Source of the DNA: an uncultured Spirochaetales bacterium
GTDB taxonomy: Bacteria > Myxococcota_A > UBA9160 > UBA6930
Assembly (NCBI GenBank): GCA_964460485.1
Contig: CAYWRY010000002.1
Location: 4,243 to 68,242, forward strand
Direction: 5' to 3'
Length of the DNA: 64,000 bases
The notes beneath the pieces were generated by a model. The model searched no databases. It was not told the origin of the DNA and saw only the letters and a list, made by a program, of their open reading frames with translations. The first letter of the stretch is position 1. Each line of letters starts with the position of its first letter. The position numbers and the translations under genes were made by a program. Positions 29,367 to 37,544 of this stretch are shown piece by piece.

Positions 29367-30550
29367 TACGGTCCTCCAGGAATCGGCGTCGCCGGCGGCT
29401 CGGCGGGCGCCGCGGGATCGAAACCCTTTTCGCGGCTTGCGTAAACCCAGCGCGGGGTCTTCGCGAGCTGCACGGCCAGCGCGGAGATCTGCTCGTCGAT
29501 CCAGTGAGGGTTCGCGGCGGCGCGGCGCGCAGTCTCGCTGGCCAGATACTCGTCGGTCGCCGGCCCGGCGCCGTAGTACTTCCGGTAGACGTCGAAGCGG
29601 AACAACGCCTTCAGCCGCTTCAGGTCGTGCGGCCCGGTCGGCAGCGGCAGCAGCGCCACGTCCTGCTTGCCGCGCTGCTCCCGCTCGTCGAGGCGCGAGA
29701 GCACGACGTCGAGGCTCGTGGCCAGGTGCTTCTCGTCGCAGAAGGTCTCGAAGTCGTCGTAGAGCAGCTTGATCACCGCGCGGGCCTCCTCGAGCTGAAC
29801 CCGCGCTTCGCGCTCGCGCCCCACGCGCCGCAGCAGCAGCACGAACGGGTGCGGGCGGTCGCCGGTCGCGGCGATCTCGGCGGTCGGCCGAAAATCGGGT
29901 TGGCGATAGGGAAAGTGTCGCGGGTCGATCGCGTCGAAGCCGCCGCGACCGTAGAAGAGCAGGCGTTGCAGCGAGAGCTTGTCCTCGGGGCTGAAGTACT
30001 CGACCTCCGCCGCGAGGTCGATGCGCATGCCGTAGTGCTTGTGCGGTGCGTCGGGCTCGGGGAGCACGATCTTCCCGCGCTGGTGCAGCAGGTGCAGGTA
30101 CGTGATCGCGAGGTCCATCGGCGCGATGCGCAGCCAGTAGGTGAGCACGGTGCCGCGCGCGTCGGGCGCCATGAAGATGTGCGAGAGGTAGACGACGCAC
30201 AGGTCGGCGTCGTAGTGCTGATTCACCAGCACGCGGCCGTCGCGCACGCCGCGAATCGCTCCCGTCGCACGGTCGCGCGCCACCAGCAGGAAGAAGCGCG
30301 CGAAGCCTCCGTCCGGCATCGCGTCCGTGGGATCCTCGAGCATCATCTCGCGGATGGTGGCCTCGGACTCCATCTCGCCGGCCGGCCCGAAGGCGTCCCA
30401 CAGCATCCGGTAGGCGGCCGCGAAGTCGGGGTGGTCCGGGTGCTCGATCGACTCGACCTCGTACTTTCGCGTCTCGCGCTCGATCATCTCCACGATGTCC
30501 TGCGCGTAGAGATCCTTCAGGCAGAGGCGGACGTGGGTGCCGAGGCTCAT
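29366..30550 (-). CDS. Hypothetical protein, divergent GNAT-like paralog of 33796..34617 with a C-terminal extension
   Basis: It shares with the 33796 gene the block PY.QPDFR...PF.L.LRRVGRERE. Its stop TAG shares one base with the potA GTG. Start is ATG 30550 or ATG 30487. Confidence 0.6.
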   Translation of the reverse strand: MSLGTHVRLCLKDLYAQDIVEMIERETRKYEVESIEHPDHPDFAAAYRMLWDAFGPAGEMESEATIREMMLEDPTDAMPDGGFARFFLLVARDRATGAIRGVRDGRVLVNQHYDADLCVVYLSHIFMAPDARGTVLTYWLRIAPMDLAITYLHLLHQRGKIVLPEPDAPHKHYGMRIDLAAEVEYFSPEDKLSLQRLLFYGRGGFDAIDPRHFPYRQPDFRPTAEIAATGDRPHPFVLLLRRVGREREARVQLEEARAVIKLLYDDFETFCDEKHLATSLDVVLSRLDEREQRGKQDVALLPLPTGPHDLKRLKALFRFDVYRKYYGAGPATDEYLASETARRAAANPHWIDEQISALAVQLAKTPRWVYASREKGFDPAAPAEPPATPIPGGP

Positions 30551-31898
30551 GACCCGCGCAGAGTACGGTGTGACCGTGACGAGTGACCAGCACGAAGACG
30601 CGAATCGCTCGGTGTGGACCGCCGAGTCCGAGGCTCCGCGTCCGGTGGCCCCGCTGGCGGGCCGCGCGCGCGCCGACGTCGCGATCGTCGGCGGCGGTCT
30701 CACCGGCGTATCCACCGCGCTGCACCTGCGCCGCGTGCGGCCCGAGCTGGGCATCGCGCTGCTCGAGGCCGGCGTGCTGGGGCAGGGCGCCAGCGGCCGC
30801 AACGGCGGGCAGGTGCTGCACTGGATCAACGGCGTGTCGCCGAAGGACGACGCCGAGCTGCGGCGCAATCACGCGGCGACCGGGCTCGGCATCGACATCG
30901 CAGAAGAGCTCGCCGCGAAGTACGCGCCGGGCGCATTCCGCCGCGCGGGCGCCCTCGAGGTGCTCACCGACGCGCGCCGTGCGCAGGAAGCGCACGCGCG
31001 CGCCGAGCGCTGGAGCGCGGCGGGCGTGCCGGCCGAGTTCGTGCCCGCGAGCCGCCTCGGCATCGCCGGTGCGCACGGCGCGCTGCGCAATCCGCTCGCC
31101 GGACGCCTCAACGGCTTCGCGCTGCTGCAGGCGCTGCGCCCCGCGCTCGTCGCCGAAGGCGTCGCGCTCTTCGAACGCTCGCGCGTGCTGCGCATCCGCG
31201 GCGGCGGTGAAGTCGCGCTCGAGACCGCGGGCGGCGAGCTGCGCGCGCGCACGCTCGTGCTCGCCACGAACGGCTACACGCCCGCGCTCGGCTTCTTCCG
31301 CAGCGGCGTGCTGCCTCTGCACTCCCACGCCCTCGCCACCGCGCCGCTCGCGGACGCGGATTGGGCGCGCCTCGGCTTCGGCGCCTGGGACGGCTTCAGC
31401 GACGACCTCGACCGCATCGCCTACGCCATGCGCACGCCCGGCGGCCGCCTGCTGCTCGGCGGCGGCGGCAACGCGGCCTACACGTACCACTACGGCAGCC
31501 GCGTGGTGGCGAGCGAGGCCGCGATCGCGCGCGCGCAGCCATTCCTCGAGCGAACGCTGCGCGGCTACTTCCCGGGCGTCGCCGGAGTGCCGATCTCGCA
31601 TCGCTGGTCCGGCGTGCTCGCCATCACCCTCGACCGCCAGCCCTCGATCGGCGCCGGCCTCGTCGCGCCGAACGTGATGCACGGCCTCGGCTACAGCGGC
31701 CACGGCCTCGCGCTCGCGCTCCTCGCCGGCCGCGTGCTCGCCGACGTCTACGTGGGCAACCCCGACCCGTGGCGCGATCTCGCCTTCTTCAACAAGCGCC
31801 TCCTCCCCATCCCCCCGGAGCCCCTGCGCTGGCTCGGTTATCAGGCCTACACCCGCCTCACCGGCAGAAGCCCGCGCAGGCATGCGCGCATCACGTGA
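30549..31898 (+). CDS. FAD-dependent oxidoreductase, PuuB (gamma-glutamylputrescine oxidase)/DadA-like
   Basis: Dinucleotide fold DVAIVGGGLTGVSTAL and GASGRNGGQ as in PuuB, plus the C-terminal GYSGHGL. The start is ambiguous (GTG 30537, ATG 30549, GTG 30570). Confidence 0.85.
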   Translation: MTRAEYGVTVTSDQHEDANRSVWTAESEAPRPVAPLAGRARADVAIVGGGLTGVSTALHLRRVRPELGIALLEAGVLGQGASGRNGGQVLHWINGVSPKDDAELRRNHAATGLGIDIAEELAAKYAPGAFRRAGALEVLTDARRAQEAHARAERWSAAGVPAEFVPASRLGIAGAHGALRNPLAGRLNGFALLQALRPALVAEGVALFERSRVLRIRGGGEVALETAGGELRARTLVLATNGYTPALGFFRSGVLPLHSHALATAPLADADWARLGFGAWDGFSDDLDRIAYAMRTPGGRLLLGGGGNAAYTYHYGSRVVASEAAIARAQPFLERTLRGYFPGVAGVPISHRWSGVLAITLDRQPSIGAGLVAPNVMHGLGYSGHGLALALLAGRVLADVYVGNPDPWRDLAFFNKRLLPIPPEPLRWLGYQAYTRLTGRSPRRHARIT

Positions 31899-31959
31899 CG
31901 AGCGCGGCAATCCGCTCGTTGGCGATCGAGCACGGCCGTCGCACGGGCGAAGCCTGACT

Positions 31960-31984
31960 CGCCGGCGCCTCGAAGGCGCCGGCG
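31960..31984. terminator. Terminator-like hairpin after the oxidase gene (CGCCGGCGCC-TCGAA-GGCGCCGGCG)
   Basis: Perfect 10-bp stem with a 5-nt loop, 62 nt after the stop at 31898. Confidence 0.5.
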
Positions 31985-32051
31985 ATTCACCCTCCCAACT
32001 ACCGACTCGTCGACGCAGCCCCGCACGCGAAGCGTGACCCTCGCGCGCCGT

Positions 32052-32214
32052 CCGACGCGGGCCGGGCGCGGGGCGCGGAGCCGGCATCGAGCGCAGGAGC
32101 GACCCCCAGACCCGGTGAGTCTTCAGAACACGCGCGCCCCGTCTCTCCGGTGGTCCCCTCCAGAGGGTCGCTCCGAGCCGGCCGGCGCAGCGCCCCGCGC
32201 CCGGCCCGCGTCGG
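32052..32214. repeat. Long hairpin element B: perfect 25-bp inverted repeat around a 113-nt structured core
   Basis: 32052-32076 (CCGACGCGGGCCGGGCGCGGGGCGC) is the exact reverse complement of 32190-32214. An inner 10-bp stem pairs 32096-32105 with 32165-32174. The inner flanks are homologous to element A in reverse orientation. Confidence 0.85.
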
Positions 32215-32286
32215 GCACCCCCGCCGTTCCAGGTTCCACACGCCCTCGCGCTGGCGCCGCGTCCCGCGCAGTGCTGGGATACGCCC

Positions 32287-33651
32287 ATGTCCACCGCATT
32301 CGACCTCGCCGAGCTGCGCCGCCTCGACGCCGCCCACCACCTCCACCCCTTCACCGACCACGTCGCCCTGCACAAGCAAGGCACCCACGTGATCCGCTCC
32401 GCGAAGGGCTGCACGCTCGTCGACGAGACGGGCCGCGAGCTGCTGGACGGCCTCGCAGGCTTGTGGTGCGTGAACATCGGCTACGGGCGCGACGAGATCC
32501 GCGCCGCCGTCGACGCGCAGATGCGCCAGGTCGCCTTCTATCCGTCGTTCTTCAATACCTCGACGGAGCCGACCATCCGCCTCGCCGCGCGCCTCGCGGA
32601 GCTGGCGCCGCGCGGCCTCGGGCACGCAATCTTCTCGAACTCGGGCTCCGAGGCGAACGAGACCGCGCTGAAGCTCGCGCGCGCCTACTGGAAGCTGCGC
32701 GGCAAGCCGGAGAAGAAGAAGGTGCTGTCGCGCACCTACGCCTATCACGGCGTGGGTCTCGCGACGACGAGCCTCACCGGGTTGCCGAGCTGCCTCGACC
32801 CGTTCGACCTGCCGCTGCCCGGCTTCATCCACGTGCCCGGCCCGCTCGCCTACGGCAGCGAGCTCTCGCCGACCGATTACGGGAAGTGGTGCCTCGAGCA
32901 GACCGAGCGCGCGATCGCGCGCGAAGGCGCGGGCGAGATCGGCGCGATGTTCGTCGAACCGATCCAGGGCGCGGGCGGCGTGATCGTGCCGCCGCCCGGC
33001 TACCTCGCGCAGCTGCGGGAGCTGTGCCGCCGCCACGAGATCCTGTTCGTCGCGGACGAGGTGATCACGGGCTTCGGTCGCCTCGGCGCGTGGTTCGCTT
33101 CGGAGCTGTGGTCGCTGGATCCGGACCTGATGACCGTCGCGAAGGGAATCACGAGCGGCTACGTGCCGCTCGGCGCCACGCTCGCGCGCGACGAGATCGC
33201 GGAGACGCTTGCGACGGGCGGCTACCTCGCCCACGGCTTCACCTACACGGGGCACCCGGTCGCGTGTGCGGCCGCGCTCGCGAACCTCGACGTGCTCGCG
33301 AAAGAGAAGCTCGTGGAGCGCGTGCGGGACGACGTGGGGCCGCGCTTCCAGGAGCGGCTCGCGAAGCTCGGCGCCCACCCGGCAGTGGCCGAGACGCGAG
33401 GCTTCGCGCTGATCGGCGCGTTCGAGATGCGCCGTCCGCCGCGCGGCCCGCTCGCGAATGCCGGGCCGAACGCCCTCGGGCCGGCGATGCACGCGCTCTG
33501 CCGCGAGGAGGGCGTGATCGTGCGCGGCATCCGCGACCTCGGCGCGATGTCGCCGCCGTTCGTGGTGACGCACGCGGAGCTCGACGAGATGTTCGCGCGC
33601 ACGGCGCGGGCCCTCGACCGACTGTGGGCGGGCGAGATCGCGAAGGGCTGA
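32287..33651 (+). CDS. Class-III aminotransferase, SpuC-like (putrescine/omega-amine:pyruvate aminotransferase)
   Basis: Co-linear with P. aeruginosa SpuC by eye: HHLHPFTD, GLWCVNIGYGR, SGSEANE, EPIQGAGGVIVPP, DEVITGFGR, and the PLP-Lys in TVAKGITSGY. Confidence 0.9.
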   Translation: MSTAFDLAELRRLDAAHHLHPFTDHVALHKQGTHVIRSAKGCTLVDETGRELLDGLAGLWCVNIGYGRDEIRAAVDAQMRQVAFYPSFFNTSTEPTIRLAARLAELAPRGLGHAIFSNSGSEANETALKLARAYWKLRGKPEKKKVLSRTYAYHGVGLATTSLTGLPSCLDPFDLPLPGFIHVPGPLAYGSELSPTDYGKWCLEQTERAIAREGAGEIGAMFVEPIQGAGGVIVPPPGYLAQLRELCRRHEILFVADEVITGFGRLGAWFASELWSLDPDLMTVAKGITSGYVPLGATLARDEIAETLATGGYLAHGFTYTGHPVACAAALANLDVLAKEKLVERVRDDVGPRFQERLAKLGAHPAVAETRGFALIGAFEMRRPPRGPLANAGPNALGPAMHALCREEGVIVRGIRDLGAMSPPFVVTHAELDEMFARTARALDRLWAGEIAKG

Positions 33652-33660
33652 GCGGCAGGG

Positions 33661-33735
33661 CCGCGCGAAGCGCGGCTGCGCGGTGAGGCGGCCCGGCGGC
33701 GGTGCCGCCGAACGGAGTCGAAGCGTGGCCTCCGT
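33661..33735. repeat. Weak third relative of the 45-bp intergenic repeat
   Basis: It contains GCGAAGCGCG, GAGGCG and CCGAACGGAGTCGAAGCG. The last block matches 15/17 to the CCGAGCGGAGTCGAACG core, in the same order as the reverse-complemented tandem unit. Confidence 0.35.
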
Positions 33736-33795
33736 GCAACGGCGTGGCGACCGCACCTTGCCGGCGCGCGCGGCACGGGGTACCCGCCGCGCGCG

Positions 33796-34617
33796 ATGCG
33801 CGTCTCGCTCGACCCTGCCGATCTCGCGCCCGGCGACCGCGCGGTCGCCGCGCGCGATTGGTCCGGGCTGAGCGTGCAGCGCGTCGCTGGTCCCGAGGAC
33901 CCGGAGCTCGGTGTGGGCTACGCGCGCCTGTGGGCGGAGTTCGGCGCGGACGGCGCCATGGAGCGGCGCGCGGTGATCGAGGCGCGGCTCGCGTGGGACC
34001 CCGCGCGCCCGGTCGGCGCCGTGCGCCTCGCCTACGAGATGCTGGTGTTCCGGCGCGACGGACAGCTCGCGGCGGTGCGCGATCACACGGCGGTCGTACG
34101 CCTCGACGAAAGCGGCGCCCCCGCGCCTGGGCCGATCGTGGTGCATCTCTCCCACGCGCTGGTGGAGCCTGCGGAGCGCGGCAGCGGGCTCGCGGCGTGG
34201 CTGCGCGCACTGCCGCTCGCGGCGGCGCGGCGCTGCGCGGCCGCGGCCGGGCTCCCCGCGAGCGCCCCGATCGTGCTCGTCGCGGAGATGGAGCCGCACG
34301 CGGGCGGCCGTGGGCCGCAGCGGTCCTACGCGCGCGCGGGCTTCTCGAAGGTCGAGCCCGGGGTGGCGCCCTATGCGCAGCCCGACTTCCGCGCACCCGA
34401 TCTCCCGCCGCTGCCCTTCGAGCTCGTGCTGCGCCGCGTGGGCCGGGAGCGAGAGACGGCCCTCCCGGCGGACGAGCTGGCCGCGATCGTGGCGTCGATC
34501 TACGCCGTCTACGCCGTGCACACTCCGGCGCGCGCCATCGAGCCGCTGCAGCGCGCGGCAGCCGTCTGGACGCGCGCGCGCGACGTGTTTCCGCTGGTTC
34601 CACCTACCGCCCCGTGA
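33796..34617 (+). CDS. GNAT-like N-acetyltransferase (putative)
   Basis: An acetyl-CoA motif-A-like segment (VEPAERGSGLAAWL, i.e. R-x-x-G-x-A) sits in an alpha/beta context. It is a paralog of 29366..30550. Confidence 0.6.
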   Translation: MRVSLDPADLAPGDRAVAARDWSGLSVQRVAGPEDPELGVGYARLWAEFGADGAMERRAVIEARLAWDPARPVGAVRLAYEMLVFRRDGQLAAVRDHTAVVRLDESGAPAPGPIVVHLSHALVEPAERGSGLAAWLRALPLAAARRCAAAAGLPASAPIVLVAEMEPHAGGRGPQRSYARAGFSKVEPGVAPYAQPDFRAPDLPPLPFELVLRRVGRERETALPADELAAIVASIYAVYAVHTPARAIEPLQRAAAVWTRARDVFPLVPPTAP

Positions 34618-34645
34618 CAGATCTCTCTTTACGCCGCGGCCCACG

Positions 34646-35593
34646 ATGGGCGACGCTGCGCGCGTGATCGTCGCCTATCACCACCCGGCCTTCGCCGCGG
34701 ACATCGGCCCCCACGTGATGCCGATGCGAAAGTTCCAGCTCGTCGCCGACGGGCTCGCGGGCTGGCCCGGCGTGCGCGTCGAGGCGCCGGCTCCCCTCGA
34801 CGCGGCAGCGCTGCGCCGGGTGCACACCGACGCGTACGTGGAGGCGGTGCGCAGCGGCGTGCCGCGCGAGCTCGCGGAATCGCAGAAGTTCCCGTGGTCG
34901 CCGGCGCTGTGGCCCTCCGTGCTGCTCACCAGCGGCGGCGCGCTGGCGGCGGCGGAGCGCGCGCTGCAAGACGGCATCTCGGCCGCCGTCGCGAGCGGCT
35001 TCCACCACGCCCACGCCGACCACGGCGAGGGCTTCTGCACCTTCAACGGTCTGGTGGTCGCGGCCGAGGCGCTGCGCGCCGCCGGGCGCCTTGCGACGGT
35101 CGCGGTGCTCGACCTCGACCTGCACTACGGCAACGGCACGGCCTCGATGTGCGCCGGGCGTCCCTGGCTCTTCAACTGCTCGATCTACGGCAACGACTAC
35201 TGGCACAACAAGGCCTACCGAGACGTCGAGCATCGGCGGCACAGCGACGGGCCGAATCACGTCTCGTTCGCGTTGCCCAACGGCAGCGGGCGCGCAGAGA
35301 TGCTCGACGCGCTGGCGCGCGGCATCCAGGCGACCCTCGAATGGGGGCGCCCGGACTTGCTGCTCTATCAGGCCGGCGCAGATCCCTATCGCGAGGATCC
35401 GTACTCGCCGCTCGACCTCGACCACGCCGACCTGCGCGAGCGCGATCGCGCCGTCTTCGCCTTCGCGGCGCGCGAGCGCATCCCGATCGCCTGGGTGCTC
35501 GCCGGCGGTTACACGCCCGACGTGAAGAAGGTCGTCGACGTTCACCTCGGCACCTTCGAGGCGGCGCTGGCCGTGTACGGGGCGCGGCCATGA
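34646..35593 (+). CDS. Histone-deacetylase-family (arginase fold) deacetylase, short HDAC11/acetylpolyamine-amidohydrolase-like
   Basis: Motifs SGFHHAHADHGEGFCTFNG, DLDLHYGNGT (Zn ligands D, H) and the catalytic Tyr in LAGGY. ATG at 34646 within ORF 34310..35593. Confidence 0.85.
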   Translation: MGDAARVIVAYHHPAFAADIGPHVMPMRKFQLVADGLAGWPGVRVEAPAPLDAAALRRVHTDAYVEAVRSGVPRELAESQKFPWSPALWPSVLLTSGGALAAAERALQDGISAAVASGFHHAHADHGEGFCTFNGLVVAAEALRAAGRLATVAVLDLDLHYGNGTASMCAGRPWLFNCSIYGNDYWHNKAYRDVEHRRHSDGPNHVSFALPNGSGRAEMLDALARGIQATLEWGRPDLLLYQAGADPYREDPYSPLDLDHADLRERDRAVFAFAARERIPIAWVLAGGYTPDVKKVVDVHLGTFEAALAVYGARP

Positions 35594-36363
35594 GCTGGAT
35601 CCGGCGGCTGTTCGGCGCCTGGACCGCGGTCGTCTTCGCGTTCTTCTACCTGCCGATCGCGATCCTGATCGCGTTCTCCTTCAACGAGTCGCGCCTCAAC
35701 ATCCAGTGGACCGGCTTCACGCTCGACTGGTACGCCAAGCTGTGGAACGACGCGGTGCTGATGCGCGCGGTGAGGAACAGCCTGATCGTCGCCGCCTGCT
35801 CGACCGGCATTTCCGTCGTGCTCGGCACGAGCGGCGCGTGGCTGCTGCACCGCTACCGCTATCGCGCCGCGGGCCTGCTCGAGACGCTCGTGTTCCTGCC
35901 CATGATCGTTCCCGAGGTGATCCTCGGCGTGAGTCTCCTGATCCTGTTCGTCTCGATCGGGCTGCAGCTCGGCTATGCGACGATCGTGATCTCCCACGTG
36001 ACGTTCTGCTTCCCGTTCGTGATGGCCGCGGTGCAGGCGCGCCTCGCCGGGCTCGATCCCTCGCTGGAGGAGGCGGCGCTCGACCTCGGCGCGACGCCGC
36101 TGCAGGCGTTTCTCAAAGTGCTGGTGCCGTTCCTGATGCCCGCGATCCTGTCCGGCGCGCTGATGGCCTTCACGCTCTCGCTGGACGACCTGATCGTCAC
36201 GTACTTCACCGCGAGCGCGCGCACGGCGACGTTGCCGATCGTCATTTTCGGCAAGGTGAAGAAGGGCCTCGATCCGTCGCTCAACGCGATCTCGACGGTG
36301 CTGATCGCGGTCACGGTGCTGGCGCTGTTCGTCACGGAAGCGCTGCGCAAACGGAGCTCGTAA
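35590..36363 (+). CDS. potC: Spermidine/putrescine-type ABC transporter permease
   Basis: 6-TM permease with the EAA loop LEEAALDLGATPLQAF. ATG overlaps the deacetylase stop (ATGA). Confidence 0.9.
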   Translation: MSWIRRLFGAWTAVVFAFFYLPIAILIAFSFNESRLNIQWTGFTLDWYAKLWNDAVLMRAVRNSLIVAACSTGISVVLGTSGAWLLHRYRYRAAGLLETLVFLPMIVPEVILGVSLLILFVSIGLQLGYATIVISHVTFCFPFVMAAVQARLAGLDPSLEEAALDLGATPLQAFLKVLVPFLMPAILSGALMAFTLSLDDLIVTYFTASARTATLPIVIFGKVKKGLDPSLNAISTVLIAVTVLALFVTEALRKRSS

Positions 36364-36387
36364 CTCGAACCCGGAAGGAGAGGATCC

Positions 36388-37482
36388 ATGCGACGCACAC
36401 GATTCGACGGGCGGGCCCTCGCGGCGGCGGCCGCGCTCGCGCTGCTGGCAGGCTGCGGAGGGAAGGAAGAGCCGGCTCCCGCAGAGCCCGCGGCGGCGCC
36501 CGCTGCGGAGGCGGGCGGCGAGCTGAATCTGTTCGCCTGGTCGGAGTACCTGCCGCAGGTCGTGATCGACGAGTTCACGGCCGAGACGGGCATCCAGGTG
36601 AACTACGAGCAGTACGCGTCGAACGAGGAGATGCTCGCGAAGCTGACCTCCGGCGCTGCGGCCTACGACCTGGTGCAGCCTTCCGAGTACACGGTCGAGG
36701 CGATGGTGAAGGAGGGGCTGCTCCAGCCGCTCGACAAGACCCAGCTGAAGAATCTCGGGAACGTCGGGCCAGAGTATTACGGCCGGCCGCACGACCCCGA
36801 GCTCACCTACAGCGTTCCCTACATGCAGGGCACGGTGGGCATCGTCGTGAACACCGAGAAGATCAGCGAGCCGGTCACCAGCTACGCGCAGGTGTTCGAG
36901 CGGAAGAACAAGGGCCGCATCGTGGTGCTCGACGACTCGCGCGAAGTCGTGGGCTGGGCGCTCGCCTCGCTCGGACTCGACGCGAACGACGTGACGGCCG
37001 CGAACCTTGACAAGGCGAAGCCCGTGCTCGCGCGCTGGCTGCCGCTGGTGAAGGTCTACGACTCCGACAGCCCGAAGACGGCGCTGCTCAACGGCGACGT
37101 CGACCTCGGCATCGTCTGGTCGGGCGAGGGCGCGATCCTGATCAACGAGGGCGGCGGCAAGTTCACCTACACGCTGCCGAGCGAGGGCGCGCACATGTTC
37201 ATCGACAGCCTCGCGATCCCGACCACGGCACAGAACGTCCCCGCGGCGCACCAGTTCATCGACTACCTGCTGCGGCCGGAAGTCAGCGTGAAGATCTCGG
37301 CAGAGTTCCCCTACACGAACCCGAACGTCGAAGCGCGCAAGCTGCTCAGCGAGGCGGAGCGCGCGAACGCGGCCAGCTATCCGCCGAGCGACGCGAAGCT
37401 GACGACGTTCCGCGACATCGGGGCGGCGGCCGCGGACGTGGACAAGCTGTTCACGGACATCAAGGCGCAGAGCGGCAGCTGA
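36388..37482 (+). CDS. potD: Polyamine-type periplasmic substrate-binding lipoprotein
   Basis: Lipobox LLAGC. PotD/PotF-like motifs (LNLFAWSEYLP, YDLVQPSEY, SVPYMQGTVGIVVN). A strong RBS, GGAAGGAGAGG, is present. Confidence 0.9.
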   Translation: MRRTRFDGRALAAAAALALLAGCGGKEEPAPAEPAAAPAAEAGGELNLFAWSEYLPQVVIDEFTAETGIQVNYEQYASNEEMLAKLTSGAAAYDLVQPSEYTVEAMVKEGLLQPLDKTQLKNLGNVGPEYYGRPHDPELTYSVPYMQGTVGIVVNTEKISEPVTSYAQVFERKNKGRIVVLDDSREVVGWALASLGLDANDVTAANLDKAKPVLARWLPLVKVYDSDSPKTALLNGDVDLGIVWSGEGAILINEGGGKFTYTLPSEGAHMFIDSLAIPTTAQNVPAAHQFIDYLLRPEVSVKISAEFPYTNPNVEARKLLSEAERANAASYPPSDAKLTTFRDIGAAAADVDKLFTDIKAQSGS

Positions 37483-37544
37483 GCGTGTAAGGGCGGGCGC
37501 GGCGCGCTCGGGCGCCGCGCCGCTCGCCGCCGGCGAGGAGGAGC

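Noticed and set aside
28263-32477. 1404-aa minus-strand ORF. Similar multi-gene read-through ORFs include 38457..40955, 39407..41416, 51386..53701, 1002..2510, 6250..8976 and 41206..43731.
   Set aside because: Only the 3' portion of each carries a recognisable protein preceded by an RBS and start codon or a stop-start overlap. The upstream parts are low-complexity read-through across neighbouring genes or intergenic DNA.
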